Source: Candidatus Omnitrophota bacterium | Lineage (GTDB): Bacteria; Omnitrophota; Gorgyraeia; Gygaellales; Profunditerraquicolaceae | Assembly (NCBI GenBank): GCA_018895075.1 | Contig: JAHIOW010000042.1 | Location: 1 to 52,445 of the forward strand | Length of the DNA: 52,445 nucleotides | Reading direction: 5' to 3' | Shown: piece by piece, positions 8,500 to 17,534 of the stretch | Layout: each line of letters opens with the position of its first letter | How positions within the stretch are numbered: position 1 is the first letter of the stretch | Program-made: the position numbers and the translations under genes | The notes under the pieces: generated by a model | Seen by the model: the letters and a program-made list of their open reading frames with translations, nothing else | Databases searched by the model: none | Told to the model about the DNA's origin: nothing

Positions 8500-9834
8500 C
8501 TATTCTATGCGTACCAGGTTTTCAAACCGGGTATATTCTTTAATAAAGGCTAACCTCATTGAGCCTACAGGGCCATTGCGCTGCTTGGCGATAATAACCT
8601 CTGCCGTGCCCTGGTTCTGGGGCGTAGGATTATAATATTCTTCCCTTAATATCAGGGTAACCACGTCGGCATCCTGCTCTATTGCTCCGGATTCGCGTAG
8701 ATCAGAAAGTTGCGGCCGATGATCAACGCGCGCTTCTACTGCCCGGGATAATTGACTTATCGCCACTACCGGTATACTCAATTCTCGCGCCAGCGCCTTT
8801 AAGGCGCGCGAGATCTCAGAAATCTCCTGTTGTCTGTTCTCTGTCCTGCCGGTTGTGCGCATCAACTGTAAGTAATCTAAAATAACCAATCGTATATCGT
8901 GGTGCATCTTTAGCCGGCGCGCCTTTGCCCGCAGTTCCATTAGTGAAATCGCCGGAGTGTCATCTACAAATATAGGCGCCTCGGAGAGTTTGCCCGCGGC
9001 AGCAGTAAGGCGAGGCCAATCCGAAGCCGCAAGATACCCTGTCCTTACTTTATGCGCATCAACCCGGGCGTGGGCGCAAAGCATCCTCTGCACTAATTGC
9101 TCTTTGGACATCTCCACGCTAAAAATCGCCACGGGAATTTTCTCTACTACAGCTGCGTGTTCTGCAATACATAAGGCAAAGGCGCTTTTGCCCATAGAAG
9201 GCCTTCCGGCAATAACGATTAAATCTGCAATCTGAAGCCCGGAAGTTTTATTATCAAAATCTATGAACCCCGTGGGTATGCCGGTGACGTGCGCCTTGTT
9301 CTGATAAAGCCTGTCTATTGTCTCAATACTATCTTTTATGATTTCCTTCAGGTGTATATAACTACTCTGCGGCCTTATATCGCTTACTTCAAATATTAAC
9401 TTCTCCGCGTTATCTACTACCTCGCCAATATTTCCGTCACTTTCATAACACAGAGAAACAATCTTAGTAGCGTTATTTATAAGTATCCTTAAAACACTTT
9501 TTTCTTTTACAATATTAACGTAGTGGCTTATATTAGCGGCAGTGGGAACATAATTTACTAAGGCAGTCAAGAAAGTGACTCCCCCTATCCCTTCAAGCAC
9601 TCCCTTTCTTTTTAATTCATCGGCCAGAGTAATAAGGTCAACTGCCTTGTTAGCGCTATAAAGATCTGAGATAGCTGTAAAGACCTTCCTGTGGTTATCT
9701 TTGTAAAAGAAATCTGCATTTAAGGACTCTACGGCTATGGAGATGGCTGTTTCATCCATGAGCATGGAACCTAATACCGCCATCTCAGCTTCAACATTCT
9801 GAGGGGGAATCTTCTCTAAAATGATATCTGTCAT
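8500..9834 (-). CDS. dnaB: Replicative DNA helicase (no intein)
   Basis: PPQNVEAE, GRPSMGKS, DYLQLM, SQLSR, DLRESGAIEQDAD, KQRNGP. Confidence 0.98.
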   Translation of the reverse strand: MTDIILEKIPPQNVEAEMAVLGSMLMDETAISIAVESLNADFFYKDNHRKVFTAISDLYSANKAVDLITLADELKRKGVLEGIGGVTFLTALVNYVPTAANISHYVNIVKEKSVLRILINNATKIVSLCYESDGNIGEVVDNAEKLIFEVSDIRPQSSYIHLKEIIKDSIETIDRLYQNKAHVTGIPTGFIDFDNKTSGLQIADLIVIAGRPSMGKSAFALCIAEHAAVVEKIPVAIFSVEMSKEQLVQRMLCAHARVDAHKVRTGYLAASDWPRLTAAAGKLSEAPIFVDDTPAISLMELRAKARRLKMHHDIRLVILDYLQLMRTTGRTENRQQEISEISRALKALARELSIPVVAISQLSRAVEARVDHRPQLSDLRESGAIEQDADVVTLILREEYYNPTPQNQGTAEVIIAKQRNGPVGSMRLAFIKEYTRFENLVRIE

Positions 9835-9844
9835 TTACCCTCGT

Positions 9845-10294
9845 TTATTTTTTGACGACCCAGACCTTTAGCTGCGCAGAAACCTCTGGGTGTAATTTTA
9901 TAGACACCTCGTATATGCCTAAGGACTTTATATTCTCATTCAAAATAATAACATTTTTATCGATATCAAAACTTTCTTCTTTTAAGGCAGCTGATATGTC
10001 TTGTGCTGTTATGCTTCCATACAATTTATCTTCTTGGTCTTCGTGGGTTAAAACCGGCAGGGTTAAAGATAAATTTTCTAATCTCTCTTTAAGTTTTTCG
10101 GCATCTCTCTTAGATTTCTCTAATTGTAAAGTTTTTCTTTGTTTTTCCTGTTCTAACTTTTTGAGGTTTGCGGATGTCAGAGGGACAGCCAAGCCATTGG
10201 GTATAAGAAAATTACGGGCAAAACCATCTTTTACCTTTACGATGACACCTACCTTGCCTAATCTATCTATATCTTGATTTAATATAACTTCCAT
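9845..10294 (-). CDS. rplI: 50S ribosomal protein bL9
   Basis: MEVIL..LG..G..VKVKDGFARNFLIP, KLYGSIT. Confidence 0.97.
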   Translation of the reverse strand: MEVILNQDIDRLGKVGVIVKVKDGFARNFLIPNGLAVPLTSANLKKLEQEKQRKTLQLEKSKRDAEKLKERLENLSLTLPVLTHEDQEDKLYGSITAQDISAALKEESFDIDKNVIILNENIKSLGIYEVSIKLHPEVSAQLKVWVVKK

Positions 10295-10450
10295 TTTAAA
10301 TGAGCAGACAATTTACGGAGTGAAACGACGTAAATTGTAGCTCCCTTAATATCAGATTTCACGGCGTCTGCGAATTTAATCCGCCTTCGGCGGATAAGTT
10401 CGGACATATAACTTATGTCGCTCTCCGAGCTCCATAAGTTATGTCCTCAC
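10295..10450. mobile_element. Multi-hairpin MITE-like intergenic element, copy 1
   Basis: Collinear with 52180-52338. Hairpins ACAATTTACG/CGTAAATTGT and TCCGCC/GGCGGA; ends TAAATGAG and CTCACTTA. Confidence 0.75.
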
Positions 10451-10714
10451 TTATATAGCGCGGGCGTAAGGTATAAGCGAAAGAAAGCGGGCGCGTTTAA
10501 TCGCCTCCATCAGCCCTCTCTGATGTTTAGTGCAATTACCTGAAATACGCCTGGAGAGGATCTTTCCTCTTTCTCTGACAAACCCTTCCATTATTTTTAT
10601 ATCTTTATAATCTATGGTTTTAACTTTATTTACACAGAAGCGGCAAAATTTTTTCCTTGTAGATAAAAATGCGTTTCGTTTCTTCTTAACGGGTATCTTT
10701 CTCTTAACTCTCAT
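10451..10714 (-). CDS. rpsR: 30S ribosomal protein bS18
   Basis: [39 protein letters not shown]. Confidence 0.97.
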   Translation of the reverse strand: MRVKRKIPVKKKRNAFLSTRKKFCRFCVNKVKTIDYKDIKIMEGFVRERGKILSRRISGNCTKHQRGLMEAIKRARFLSLIPYARAI

Positions 10715-11151
10715 TGTATTGCGCCCTCGCTTTCTTCTAACCAGGATGTCTCTGTAGATGGTTCTTTTGAGGCTTCCTGGGACGGGGAATCCGCAAATGA
10801 CGGCTCTGCTTTTTTAGGCGCCGCCCCTAGAAACTGAACGCGCTCTACCCTTACCTCAATCACATTGCGTTTTTGCCCGGAATTATCCTCCCAGGAGCGC
10901 GACTGCAGCCTGCCTTCTATAAATACCGGGCTTCCTTTATGCAAATATTGATTGCAGGTTTCTGCCTGTTTATCCCAGACTACCCCGGTAACAAAACAGG
11001 TATCTTCTTTTAATTCCTGGGTTCTACTATCCTTGAACCTTCTGTTTACCGCAAGCCTGAGATTAACTACCGCGGTACCCTGCGGTGTATAGCGCAATTC
11101 CGGGTCCTTGGTCAGATTACCGATGAGTAATACCTTATTGAAATTAGCCAT
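10711..11151 (-). CDS. ssb: Single-stranded DNA-binding protein
   Basis: [27 protein letters not shown]. Confidence 0.97.
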   Translation of the reverse strand: MANFNKVLLIGNLTKDPELRYTPQGTAVVNLRLAVNRRFKDSRTQELKEDTCFVTGVVWDKQAETCNQYLHKGSPVFIEGRLQSRSWEDNSGQKRNVIEVRVERVQFLGAAPKKAEPSFADSPSQEASKEPSTETSWLEESEGAIQ

Positions 11152-11211
11152 TTTTCTCCCTCCGCTCGAAAAAGTCTTAAACTCCTAAACTGTATACCTA
11201 TAAACTCTAAA

Positions 11212-11505
11212 CTATTTATCTTGTCTTGTAATCAGGACTCTTAATATATTCTCATTAAGTTCATATAGGCGCTTTAGCTCTGATATCAGTGCGGGGTCGG
11301 TGAGGCTAAAATTCACAAGATAATATACCCCCTCTTGACATTTTTTTATGCTAAAGTATAACTTTTTTTTCTCTGACCAGATTCCTGCCTGCGATACGTT
11401 ACCTTTATTTTTAACTATGACATCGCTGATCTGATCAAATAAACCCTTCTTTTCTTCCGGCGACAACTCCGGCTTAATAATAAACATTGCCTCGTATTTT
11501 CTCAT
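11212..11505 (-). CDS. rpsF: 30S ribosomal protein bS6
   Basis: MRKYEAMFII.P, G.YYL, ENILR; rpsF-ssb-rpsR order. Confidence 0.94.
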   Translation of the reverse strand: MRKYEAMFIIKPELSPEEKKGLFDQISDVIVKNKGNVSQAGIWSEKKKLYFSIKKCQEGVYYLVNFSLTDPALISELKRLYELNENILRVLITRQDK

Positions 11506-11507
11506 TT

Positions 11508-12080
11508 TTATCTATCCCGTCGGTTAAAACTGTTCATACTTTCGGTTATCCCTTCCCTCGCCCACATCTTACAACAACTCCCCGCCTTTTCTAATATTTC
11601 CGGTATCCGGGCTTTCTCTTTCTTATGAAAAGGCAATAATACATATTTAGTTGGCTCCATATTTTTTCTGGGCCTGCCTATGCCGATACGCAGCCGAGAA
11701 AAATTTTGACTTCCCGCAGAATCGATTATGGATTTTAGGCCGCGGTGCCCGCCTGATGAACCGCAAGCCTTCAATTTAAGCCTGCCGAATTCTAAATCTA
11801 AATCATCACAGACAACAAGCAGGTCTTCTGGATCTCTTTTATATTTGGCTAACAGCGCGCTTACGGCAATACCCGATAGGTTCATAAAGGTCAGGGGCAT
11901 TGCCAGGACGACATTTTGGCCTTTAATCTTTATTTTAGCGCTTAATGCCAAAACCCCGCTTTCTTTTTTTAAAAAAACTCTACAAGTTTTGGCAAGGGCT
12001 TTTATTACCACAAAACCAATATTATGCCGGTGATCTTGATAAATCTTACCCGGGTTGCCCAAGCCTATGATTAATTTCAT
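11508..12080 (-). CDS. pth: Peptidyl-tRNA hydrolase
   Basis: GLGNPG, RHNIGF, FMNLSG, GGHRGLKSI, RLRIGIGRP. Confidence 0.96.
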   Translation of the reverse strand: MKLIIGLGNPGKIYQDHRHNIGFVVIKALAKTCRVFLKKESGVLALSAKIKIKGQNVVLAMPLTFMNLSGIAVSALLAKYKRDPEDLLVVCDDLDLEFGRLKLKACGSSGGHRGLKSIIDSAGSQNFSRLRIGIGRPRKNMEPTKYVLLPFHKKEKARIPEILEKAGSCCKMWAREGITESMNSFNRRDR

Positions 12081-12105
12081 CCTTTGATTTTACTAAGGAG
12101 CTAAA

Positions 12106-12861
12106 CTACTTTTCTTCTTTATCCTTGCCTTTATCTTTACCCTTATCCTTGCCTTTTTCTTTGCCTTTTTCTTCTTCTTTCTCTTCGCCCTCTTCAGCTG
12201 GTACTTCTTTCTTTTCTTTAATTACCTCTGGCTCCTGTCCTGCTTCACCTTCCATAGATGCTTCTACTGCTTCCTCTTTCATCGGTGCCGCCACGGACAA
12301 GACAATTGCCTCAGGGTCATTTAAAACTTTGATATTCGCAGCAACTACGATATCTTTTATATGTATGTCATCGCCAATCTTTAATTGACTGACATCTACT
12401 TCAATCTCTTTAGGGATATCAGCAGGCAAACACTCTACCTCTATCTCCCAGAGTATATGCTCTAAAGATCCTCCTTCCTGTTTTATTCCTATGGGCTCTC
12501 CTTTTGCTGCTACAGGTACATTTACCTTAACCGTTTTCAGCAAAGATATTTCGTTAAAATCTACGTGTATGATATCACCCTTGACTGGATCATATTGGAC
12601 TTCCTTGATCAGGCAAGGGTATACCTTGTCCTTCTTATCGCTCTTTAGGGCCTTGGATACAATCTTTAGGTTGATTACTATATTTTCTATACGATGCTGG
12701 TGTATCAATCTCAATAATTGCCCTTGCGCTATCTTTATGGTCTGGGTCTTTTTCCCCTGCGAGTAAAATACGCTGGGGATAAATCCTTGTTTCCTGAGAT
12801 TATTAGCCTGACTTTTACCTAATTCGTCTCTTTGTTCTACTTCTAAAAATATCTTTTCCAT
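12106..12861 (-). CDS. rplY: 50S ribosomal protein bL25 (Ctc type) with charged tail
   Basis: LRKQGFIP..Y, VQYDPV..HVDF, EVECLP.DIP; tail with KGKD repeats. Confidence 0.95.
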   Translation of the reverse strand: MEKIFLEVEQRDELGKSQANNLRKQGFIPSVFYSQGKKTQTIKIAQGQLLRLIHQHRIENIVINLKIVSKALKSDKKDKVYPCLIKEVQYDPVKGDIIHVDFNEISLLKTVKVNVPVAAKGEPIGIKQEGGSLEHILWEIEVECLPADIPKEIEVDVSQLKIGDDIHIKDIVVAANIKVLNDPEAIVLSVAAPMKEEAVEASMEGEAGQEPEVIKEKKEVPAEEGEEKEEEKGKEKGKDKGKDKGKDKEEK

Positions 12862-12871
12862 CTACCCTCGC

Positions 12872-13810
12872 TTAATCGAACAGAGAACTGACCGATTCCT
12901 CGTTATAGATTCTTTTTATCGCCTCACCCAGAAGCTCAGCCACGCTTATCACTTTAAGGCGCAGATGTTTTTTATGGTTACTCAAAGGGATGCTGTCTGT
13001 AATTAACAATTCTTCTAAATCTTCGCATTTATCTATAAGTCCTATGGCCTCCCCGGATAAAACCCCGTGCGTAATCGCTGCCCGGATACTCTTAGCCCCG
13101 GCTTTCTTGAGGGTCTGAACCGCTTCTATTAAAGAACCGCCCGTGGCAATTAAATCATCAACCACAATCACATTCTTACCCTCTACTTCGCCTAAGATAT
13201 GCATTACCTCTGCTTTTTCTGGTGAAATACGCCTCTTATCCAGGATTGCCAGGGTTGCAGAAAGCCTTTTAGCATAGGCCCTGGCCATTTTTATGCCGCC
13301 CACATCCGGTGAAATCACAACCAGGTCTTTTAGGTTTAGTTTTAAGAAATAATCTATCAAGACTCCCACCGCAAAAAGATGATCCAGGGGTATATCAAAG
13401 AAGCCTTGAATTTGGCCGGCATGTAAATCCATAGTCAGAATTCTATTTGCCCCGGCAGTGGTCAAAAGGTTAGCCACTAATTTCGCAGTAATGGGCACAC
13501 GGGGCTGGTCTTTTCTATCCTGCCTGGCATAGCCAAAATAGGGAATCACTGCGGTAATCCGGTAAGCAGAAGCCCTCTTTAAGGCGTCAATCATAATTAA
13601 AAGCTCCATCAGATTATCATTGACTAAAGGACACGTAGGTTGAATGACAAATACATCCTTACCCCGTACATTCTCATTAATCTTGACGCGTATCTCTCCT
13701 TCGCTAAACCTTCCTACGAATATATCTGAGAGTTTTACCTTAAGGTATTTACAGATATCCTTGGCTAATTCAGGATGCGCATTACCGCTAAACACCGCTA
13801 TTTTATCCAT
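12872..13810 (-). CDS. prs: Ribose-phosphate pyrophosphokinase
   Basis: PYFGYARQDRK, DLHAGQIQGFF, SPDVGG, VDDLIATGGS. Confidence 0.98.
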   Translation of the reverse strand: MDKIAVFSGNAHPELAKDICKYLKVKLSDIFVGRFSEGEIRVKINENVRGKDVFVIQPTCPLVNDNLMELLIMIDALKRASAYRITAVIPYFGYARQDRKDQPRVPITAKLVANLLTTAGANRILTMDLHAGQIQGFFDIPLDHLFAVGVLIDYFLKLNLKDLVVISPDVGGIKMARAYAKRLSATLAILDKRRISPEKAEVMHILGEVEGKNVIVVDDLIATGGSLIEAVQTLKKAGAKSIRAAITHGVLSGEAIGLIDKCEDLEELLITDSIPLSNHKKHLRLKVISVAELLGEAIKRIYNEESVSSLFD

Positions 13811-13852
13811 CTCTACCTCTTATCCTTTAGGTTTCTATTAACAATGTTTTGG

Positions 13853-15112
13853 TTATCGTTTTCGCTCAGATATGGGCTTTGCCGGTACACCTACCACTAC
13901 ACTGCGCGCAGGTACATTTTTATGTCTAACTACCACCGAACCTGCGCCTGTTTGTGCCGCTTTGCCAATTTTAACCGGCGCCACCAATATGGTATCCGAA
14001 CCAATAAATGCCTTATCTCCTATCACGGTGACGTTCTTTTTCTTGCCGTCAAAATTTGCGGTAACGGTCCCTGCGCCTATATTGACCTGGCGGCCAATGC
14101 GGCTGTCACCCAGATAGCCAAAATGTTTTATCATTGTCTTTGCAGAGACTCTTGAGCGCACAATCTCAAGAAAATTGCCTGCTGTTACATTGTCTTTCAG
14201 GCGCGTACCTGCTCTTAAATGAACGAATGGGCCAAGCACACAATGTCTTCCAATTTTAACATCTCTTTCAATCACTGTAAAGGGATAAATCGTAGTATCA
14301 CGGCCGATCCTTACGCCATAACCGATAAAAGTAGTCTGGGGGTCGATAATAGTAATGCCTCGTTCCATTAAGCCTTCATTAATCCTCTGCTGCATAATCC
14401 TGGAGGCAGAAGCTAAATCCACACGCGAATTTATACCCAAAACCTCACGGGTATCAGAAACCTTGATACCATCTATCAGGCCGCCATTTTTATAAATGAT
14501 ACCTATGGCATCAGTAAGATAATATTCCTTTTTACGGTTATCGGCTTTTACATATCTTAAGGCGTCAAATAACCTGTCTTTATGAAAACAGATGATGCCG
14601 GTATTAATCTCTTTAATCTCTTTTTGAAAATCGTTGGCATCTTTCTCTTCAATAATTCCGCAGATACCGGCGTATTTATCCCTTAAGATGCGGCCATAGC
14701 CAGAGGCCTTATCCACCTGAGCAGTCAATAGCGTAGCATCTAAATTGTTTTCTATATGATATCCTAATAGTTTCTTTATGGTATCTTTCTTTAAGAGAGG
14801 ATTATCCGCATAAAGCACTAAAACCGTACCTCTAAAGTTTCTCAATAAGGGGAGTGTTTCTTTTAGGGCATCAGCCGTACCGCGCAGTCTCTTCTGGATA
14901 ACTACTCTTACGCCGGGTTCAAGTAATTTCTTAACCTCTTTATGTTTATGCCCAAGTACGACAATGACTCTATTAATCTTTAAATCTTTAACTAAATCCA
15001 AAACATAACTTAACATCGGCCTTCCGCAGATAGGATATAAGACCTTAGGGATTGCCGACTTCATCCTCCTGCTGCGACCTGCAGCTAAAATTATACAAGT
15101 GACATTCTTCAT
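13853..15112 (-). CDS. glmU: Bifunctional GlmU (UDP-GlcNAc pyrophosphorylase / acetyltransferase)
   Basis: ILAAG.SRRMKS..PKVL, GYGRI, EYYLTD, NIGAGTVTANFDG. The ORF-track 5' extension overlaps tRNA-Gln, so ATG 15112 is used. Confidence 0.95.
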   Translation of the reverse strand: MKNVTCIILAAGRSRRMKSAIPKVLYPICGRPMLSYVLDLVKDLKINRVIVVLGHKHKEVKKLLEPGVRVVIQKRLRGTADALKETLPLLRNFRGTVLVLYADNPLLKKDTIKKLLGYHIENNLDATLLTAQVDKASGYGRILRDKYAGICGIIEEKDANDFQKEIKEINTGIICFHKDRLFDALRYVKADNRKKEYYLTDAIGIIYKNGGLIDGIKVSDTREVLGINSRVDLASASRIMQQRINEGLMERGITIIDPQTTFIGYGVRIGRDTTIYPFTVIERDVKIGRHCVLGPFVHLRAGTRLKDNVTAGNFLEIVRSRVSAKTMIKHFGYLGDSRIGRQVNIGAGTVTANFDGKKKNVTVIGDKAFIGSDTILVAPVKIGKAAQTGAGSVVVRHKNVPARSVVVGVPAKPISERKR

Positions 15113-15123
15113 TTTAGTTTTAA

Positions 15124-15194
15124 CTGGGACGTCTGGACTCGAACCAGAATAGCGAGACCCAAATTCTCGTGTCCTACCATTGGACGACATCCCA
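15124..15194 (-). tRNA. tRNA-Gln(TTG)
   Basis: Acceptor TGGGATG/CGTCCCA, D stem GTCC/GGAC, anticodon arm CGAGA-AT-TTG-GG-TCTCG, T arm TCTGG-TTCGAGT-CCAGA; usual position near ispE and prs. Confidence 0.93.
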
Positions 15195-15216
15195 AGATTT
15201 AATTTTCTTATTAAGA

Positions 15217-15621
15217 CTAAATACCAGGGCTCACCTGGACTTTGGCTTTCTCTTGTTGATACGCCTCTAAGACTCTTTTCTGTAAATATTCCCTGAAAGA
15301 CTGAGTTATAGGATGGGCAATATCCTTATGTTCTAATTGGGCATTGGTATTGCCTTCCGGTACTCTGACTGCGGAGACAAAAGGCAGCTGTCCTCCGCAT
15401 TGGCTGCAATATTTGCTGCGCGTTTCATTCTTAAAATTACACTTAGAGCAGGTTTGCTTTTTTATCCTCCTGGAAGGCATAGCAATGAATAAACCACTTG
15501 CGCCTTCTATTACTTTTATGTTTCTTACCACAAAGGCATTATCAAAAGTTACCGTTGCATATGCCTTTAATTTTTTATCTGGTGAATCCTTCAAGAACAC
15601 CCTAACCTCGGTTATCTCCAT
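15217..15621 (-). CDS. spoVG: SpoVG family nucleic-acid-binding regulator with zinc-ribbon insertion
   Basis: MEITEVRV..LKAYATVTFD..GLFIAMPSR and DIAHPI, with inserted CSKC..CSQC. Confidence 0.92.
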   Translation of the reverse strand: MEITEVRVFLKDSPDKKLKAYATVTFDNAFVVRNIKVIEGASGLFIAMPSRRIKKQTCSKCNFKNETRSKYCSQCGGQLPFVSAVRVPEGNTNAQLEHKDIAHPITQSFREYLQKRVLEAYQQEKAKVQVSPGI

Positions 15622-15647
15622 GAAGTTACCTCCTTATTAGCTAACCC

Positions 15648-16586
15648 TTAAGAAGTTTGTGTTACAAAGACCTGCGCTGATGTATCTTGCTTTTTAAGTT
15701 CTTCTTTAAGCTGCCTATATAAATATAGCGCCTCCTTTCTTGAAGGGACAATTCCAAAAACTGCCGGGCCACTTCCGGACATCAAGATTGATTTCAGGCC
15801 TAGATGGAGAAACTTTTCTTTGATCCGACCAACCTCAGGATATAACTTACTGGTAACCTGCTCTAAACTATTAAAGAGAACCTTCCCTATCAAGGTAAAG
15901 TCTCCCTTTCTCAATGCTAAATTTAGTATTTTAACACCATATTTTGTTCTTGTCAACCCCGTTAGATGGCCACTTTTTAGCGTACCACGACGCCTATCTA
16001 ACGGGGTCAACTTTGGCTTAAGGCTGTCCCATACTTTATAAATCCGCTCAGTGGCAACTTTCTTTTTAGGTATAACTAAGATATGCCAAAACTTCAGGTG
16101 ATTAAGGAGTCTTAATGGCCTTATCTTATCGCCGCGGCCCCTACCCTCTGCAAATGGGATATTATAGATAAAAAAAGGCACGTCGCTTCCTATCTTTCTG
16201 GCAAAGGCCACCAATTTATCCTGAGTAAGATTCAATCTCCAAAGTTTATTCAAACCCCTAAGTACAGCTGCGGCATTGCTTGAGCCGCCGCCTAAACCCG
16301 CGGCCACAGGGATACGTTTTATTATCCTAATATCCACGCCTCTATTAATCTTAGAACTGCTCTGTAATAATTTAGCAGCTCGGCAAGCAAGGTTTTTTGA
16401 ACTATCCTTGGGGATACCGGGTGAGCTGCAAATGACATTTATCTTTTTATCTTGGCGGGCTCTTAGGGTTATCTTATCGCGGAGGTTAATTCTTTCAAAA
16501 ATAGTCTTTATACTGTGGTATCTATCCTTGCGTTTGCTGAGGACTTCTAGATACAGGTTTAATTTTGCGTAAGAATTAATGACCAA
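15648..16586 (-). CDS. ispE: 4-diphosphocytidyl-2-C-methyl-D-erythritol kinase
   Basis: AKLNLYL, KRIPVAAGLGGGSSNAA, GSDVPFF, MSGSGP; carries an 18-aa insertion. Confidence 0.96.
   Translation of the reverse strand: MVINSYAKLNLYLEVLSKRKDRYHSIKTIFERINLRDKITLRARQDKKINVICSSPGIPKDSSKNLACRAAKLLQSSSKINRGVDIRIIKRIPVAAGLGGGSSNAAAVLRGLNKLWRLNLTQDKLVAFARKIGSDVPFFIYNIPFAEGRGRGDKIRPLRLLNHLKFWHILVIPKKKVATERIYKVWDSLKPKLTPLDRRRGTLKSGHLTGLTRTKYGVKILNLALRKGDFTLIGKVLFNSLEQVTSKLYPEVGRIKEKFLHLGLKSILMSGSGPAVFGIVPSRKEALYLYRQLKEELKKQDTSAQVFVTQTS
15928..15956 (-). promoter_or_regulatory. sigma70 promoter inside ispE, directed toward spoVG-tRNA-Gln-glmU-prs
   Basis: Minus strand reads TTGACA-AGAACAAAATATGGTGT (17 nt)-TAAAAT, with a TGn extension. 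Confidence 0.7.
15957..16006. mobile_element. 50-bp MITE-like element inserted in frame in ispE
   Basis: 11-bp inverted repeats CCCCGTTAGAT/ATCTAACGGGG, flanked by a TCAA direct repeat (15953-15956, 16007-16010). Net 54 bp = 18 codons. Confidence 0.8.
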
Positions 16587-16593
16587 TTTATTT

Positions 16594-17529
16594 CTATCTT
16601 CGCACGATAATCGTCAAGGCTGCCTTTTCTATATCTGCGCTGGTGAGGTTATATTCTTTTAAAAGCTCAGCCGATTCTCCTGACTGCCCAAACCTATTTC
16701 TTATGCCTATGCGCAGGACTTTGGTGGGATAATTCTCTGCTACTATCTCATCAATACTTGATGCCAGGCCGCCTATGACTGTATGCTCCTCGCAAACGAT
16801 GAGGCCGCCGGTAGAACGTGCCTGTCTTAAAACCATATCCCTGTCTAAGGGGTTAATGGTATGCAGATTAACCACGCCTGCCTTGATACCTTTTTTAAGA
16901 AGATTTCCTGCCGCCTCTAACGCTGCATCTACCATAATCCCACAGGCAATAATAGCAAGGTCCTTACCCTCCCTTAAAACCTGTGCCTTGCCTAATTCGA
17001 ATTTACCTTTATTTTCTATATTGGGCACTTTCGATCTTCCCAGGCGTATATAAAACGGGCCGTCAGTATTTGCTGCGGCTATTACCGCTTCCCCTGTCTG
17101 GCCAGCGTCGCAAGGAACGATTATCTTCATATTCGGAATTACCCGCATCAGCGCGATATCTTCCAGGGCCTGATGACTGGCGCCATCCGGGCCTACGGTG
17201 ACACCGGCATGGGTGGCAACTATCTTAACATTAAAATTATTGTAGGCAACGCTGTTTCTTATCTGGTCCCACGTCCTGCCAGTAGCAAACATGGCAAAGG
17301 TAGAAACAAATACAATCTTACCGCAGCTGGCAAGCCCTGAGGCAGTGGCCAGCATATTCTGTTCAGCCACGCCAAAATTAAAAAATCTTTCTGGGAACTC
17401 CTTGGCAAACAGGGCTGTACGTGTAGAATTAGACAAATCTGCATCCAATGCCACTATATCTTTATTTTGTCTGCCTAATTCTACCAGCGTCTTACCGTAT
17501 ATGTCACGTTGATATAGCATCTCAACCAT
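16594..17529 (-). CDS. Transketolase, C-terminal (pyrimidine-binding) subunit
   Basis: DADL..ST, GVAEQN, GPDGASHQALED, EEH..GGL. Confidence 0.94.
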   Translation of the reverse strand: MVEMLYQRDIYGKTLVELGRQNKDIVALDADLSNSTRTALFAKEFPERFFNFGVAEQNMLATASGLASCGKIVFVSTFAMFATGRTWDQIRNSVAYNNFNVKIVATHAGVTVGPDGASHQALEDIALMRVIPNMKIIVPCDAGQTGEAVIAAANTDGPFYIRLGRSKVPNIENKGKFELGKAQVLREGKDLAIIACGIMVDAALEAAGNLLKKGIKAGVVNLHTINPLDRDMVLRQARSTGGLIVCEEHTVIGGLASSIDEIVAENYPTKVLRIGIRNRFGQSGESAELLKEYNLTSADIEKAALTIIVRR

Positions 17530-17534
17530 ATTCG

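Noticed and set aside
10295-10450. CRISPR array or ribosomal-protein leader RNA
   Set aside because: There is no repeat-spacer periodicity and no cas gene, and the second copy precedes ptsH, which is not a ribosomal gene.
12106-12200. KGKD 12-nt repeats at the end of rplY
   Set aside because: In-frame low-complexity charged tail, common in Ctc-type bL25.
15113-15190. 26-aa N-terminal extension of GlmU in the ORF track
   Set aside because: It overlaps tRNA-Gln; the conserved domain starts at ATG 15112.
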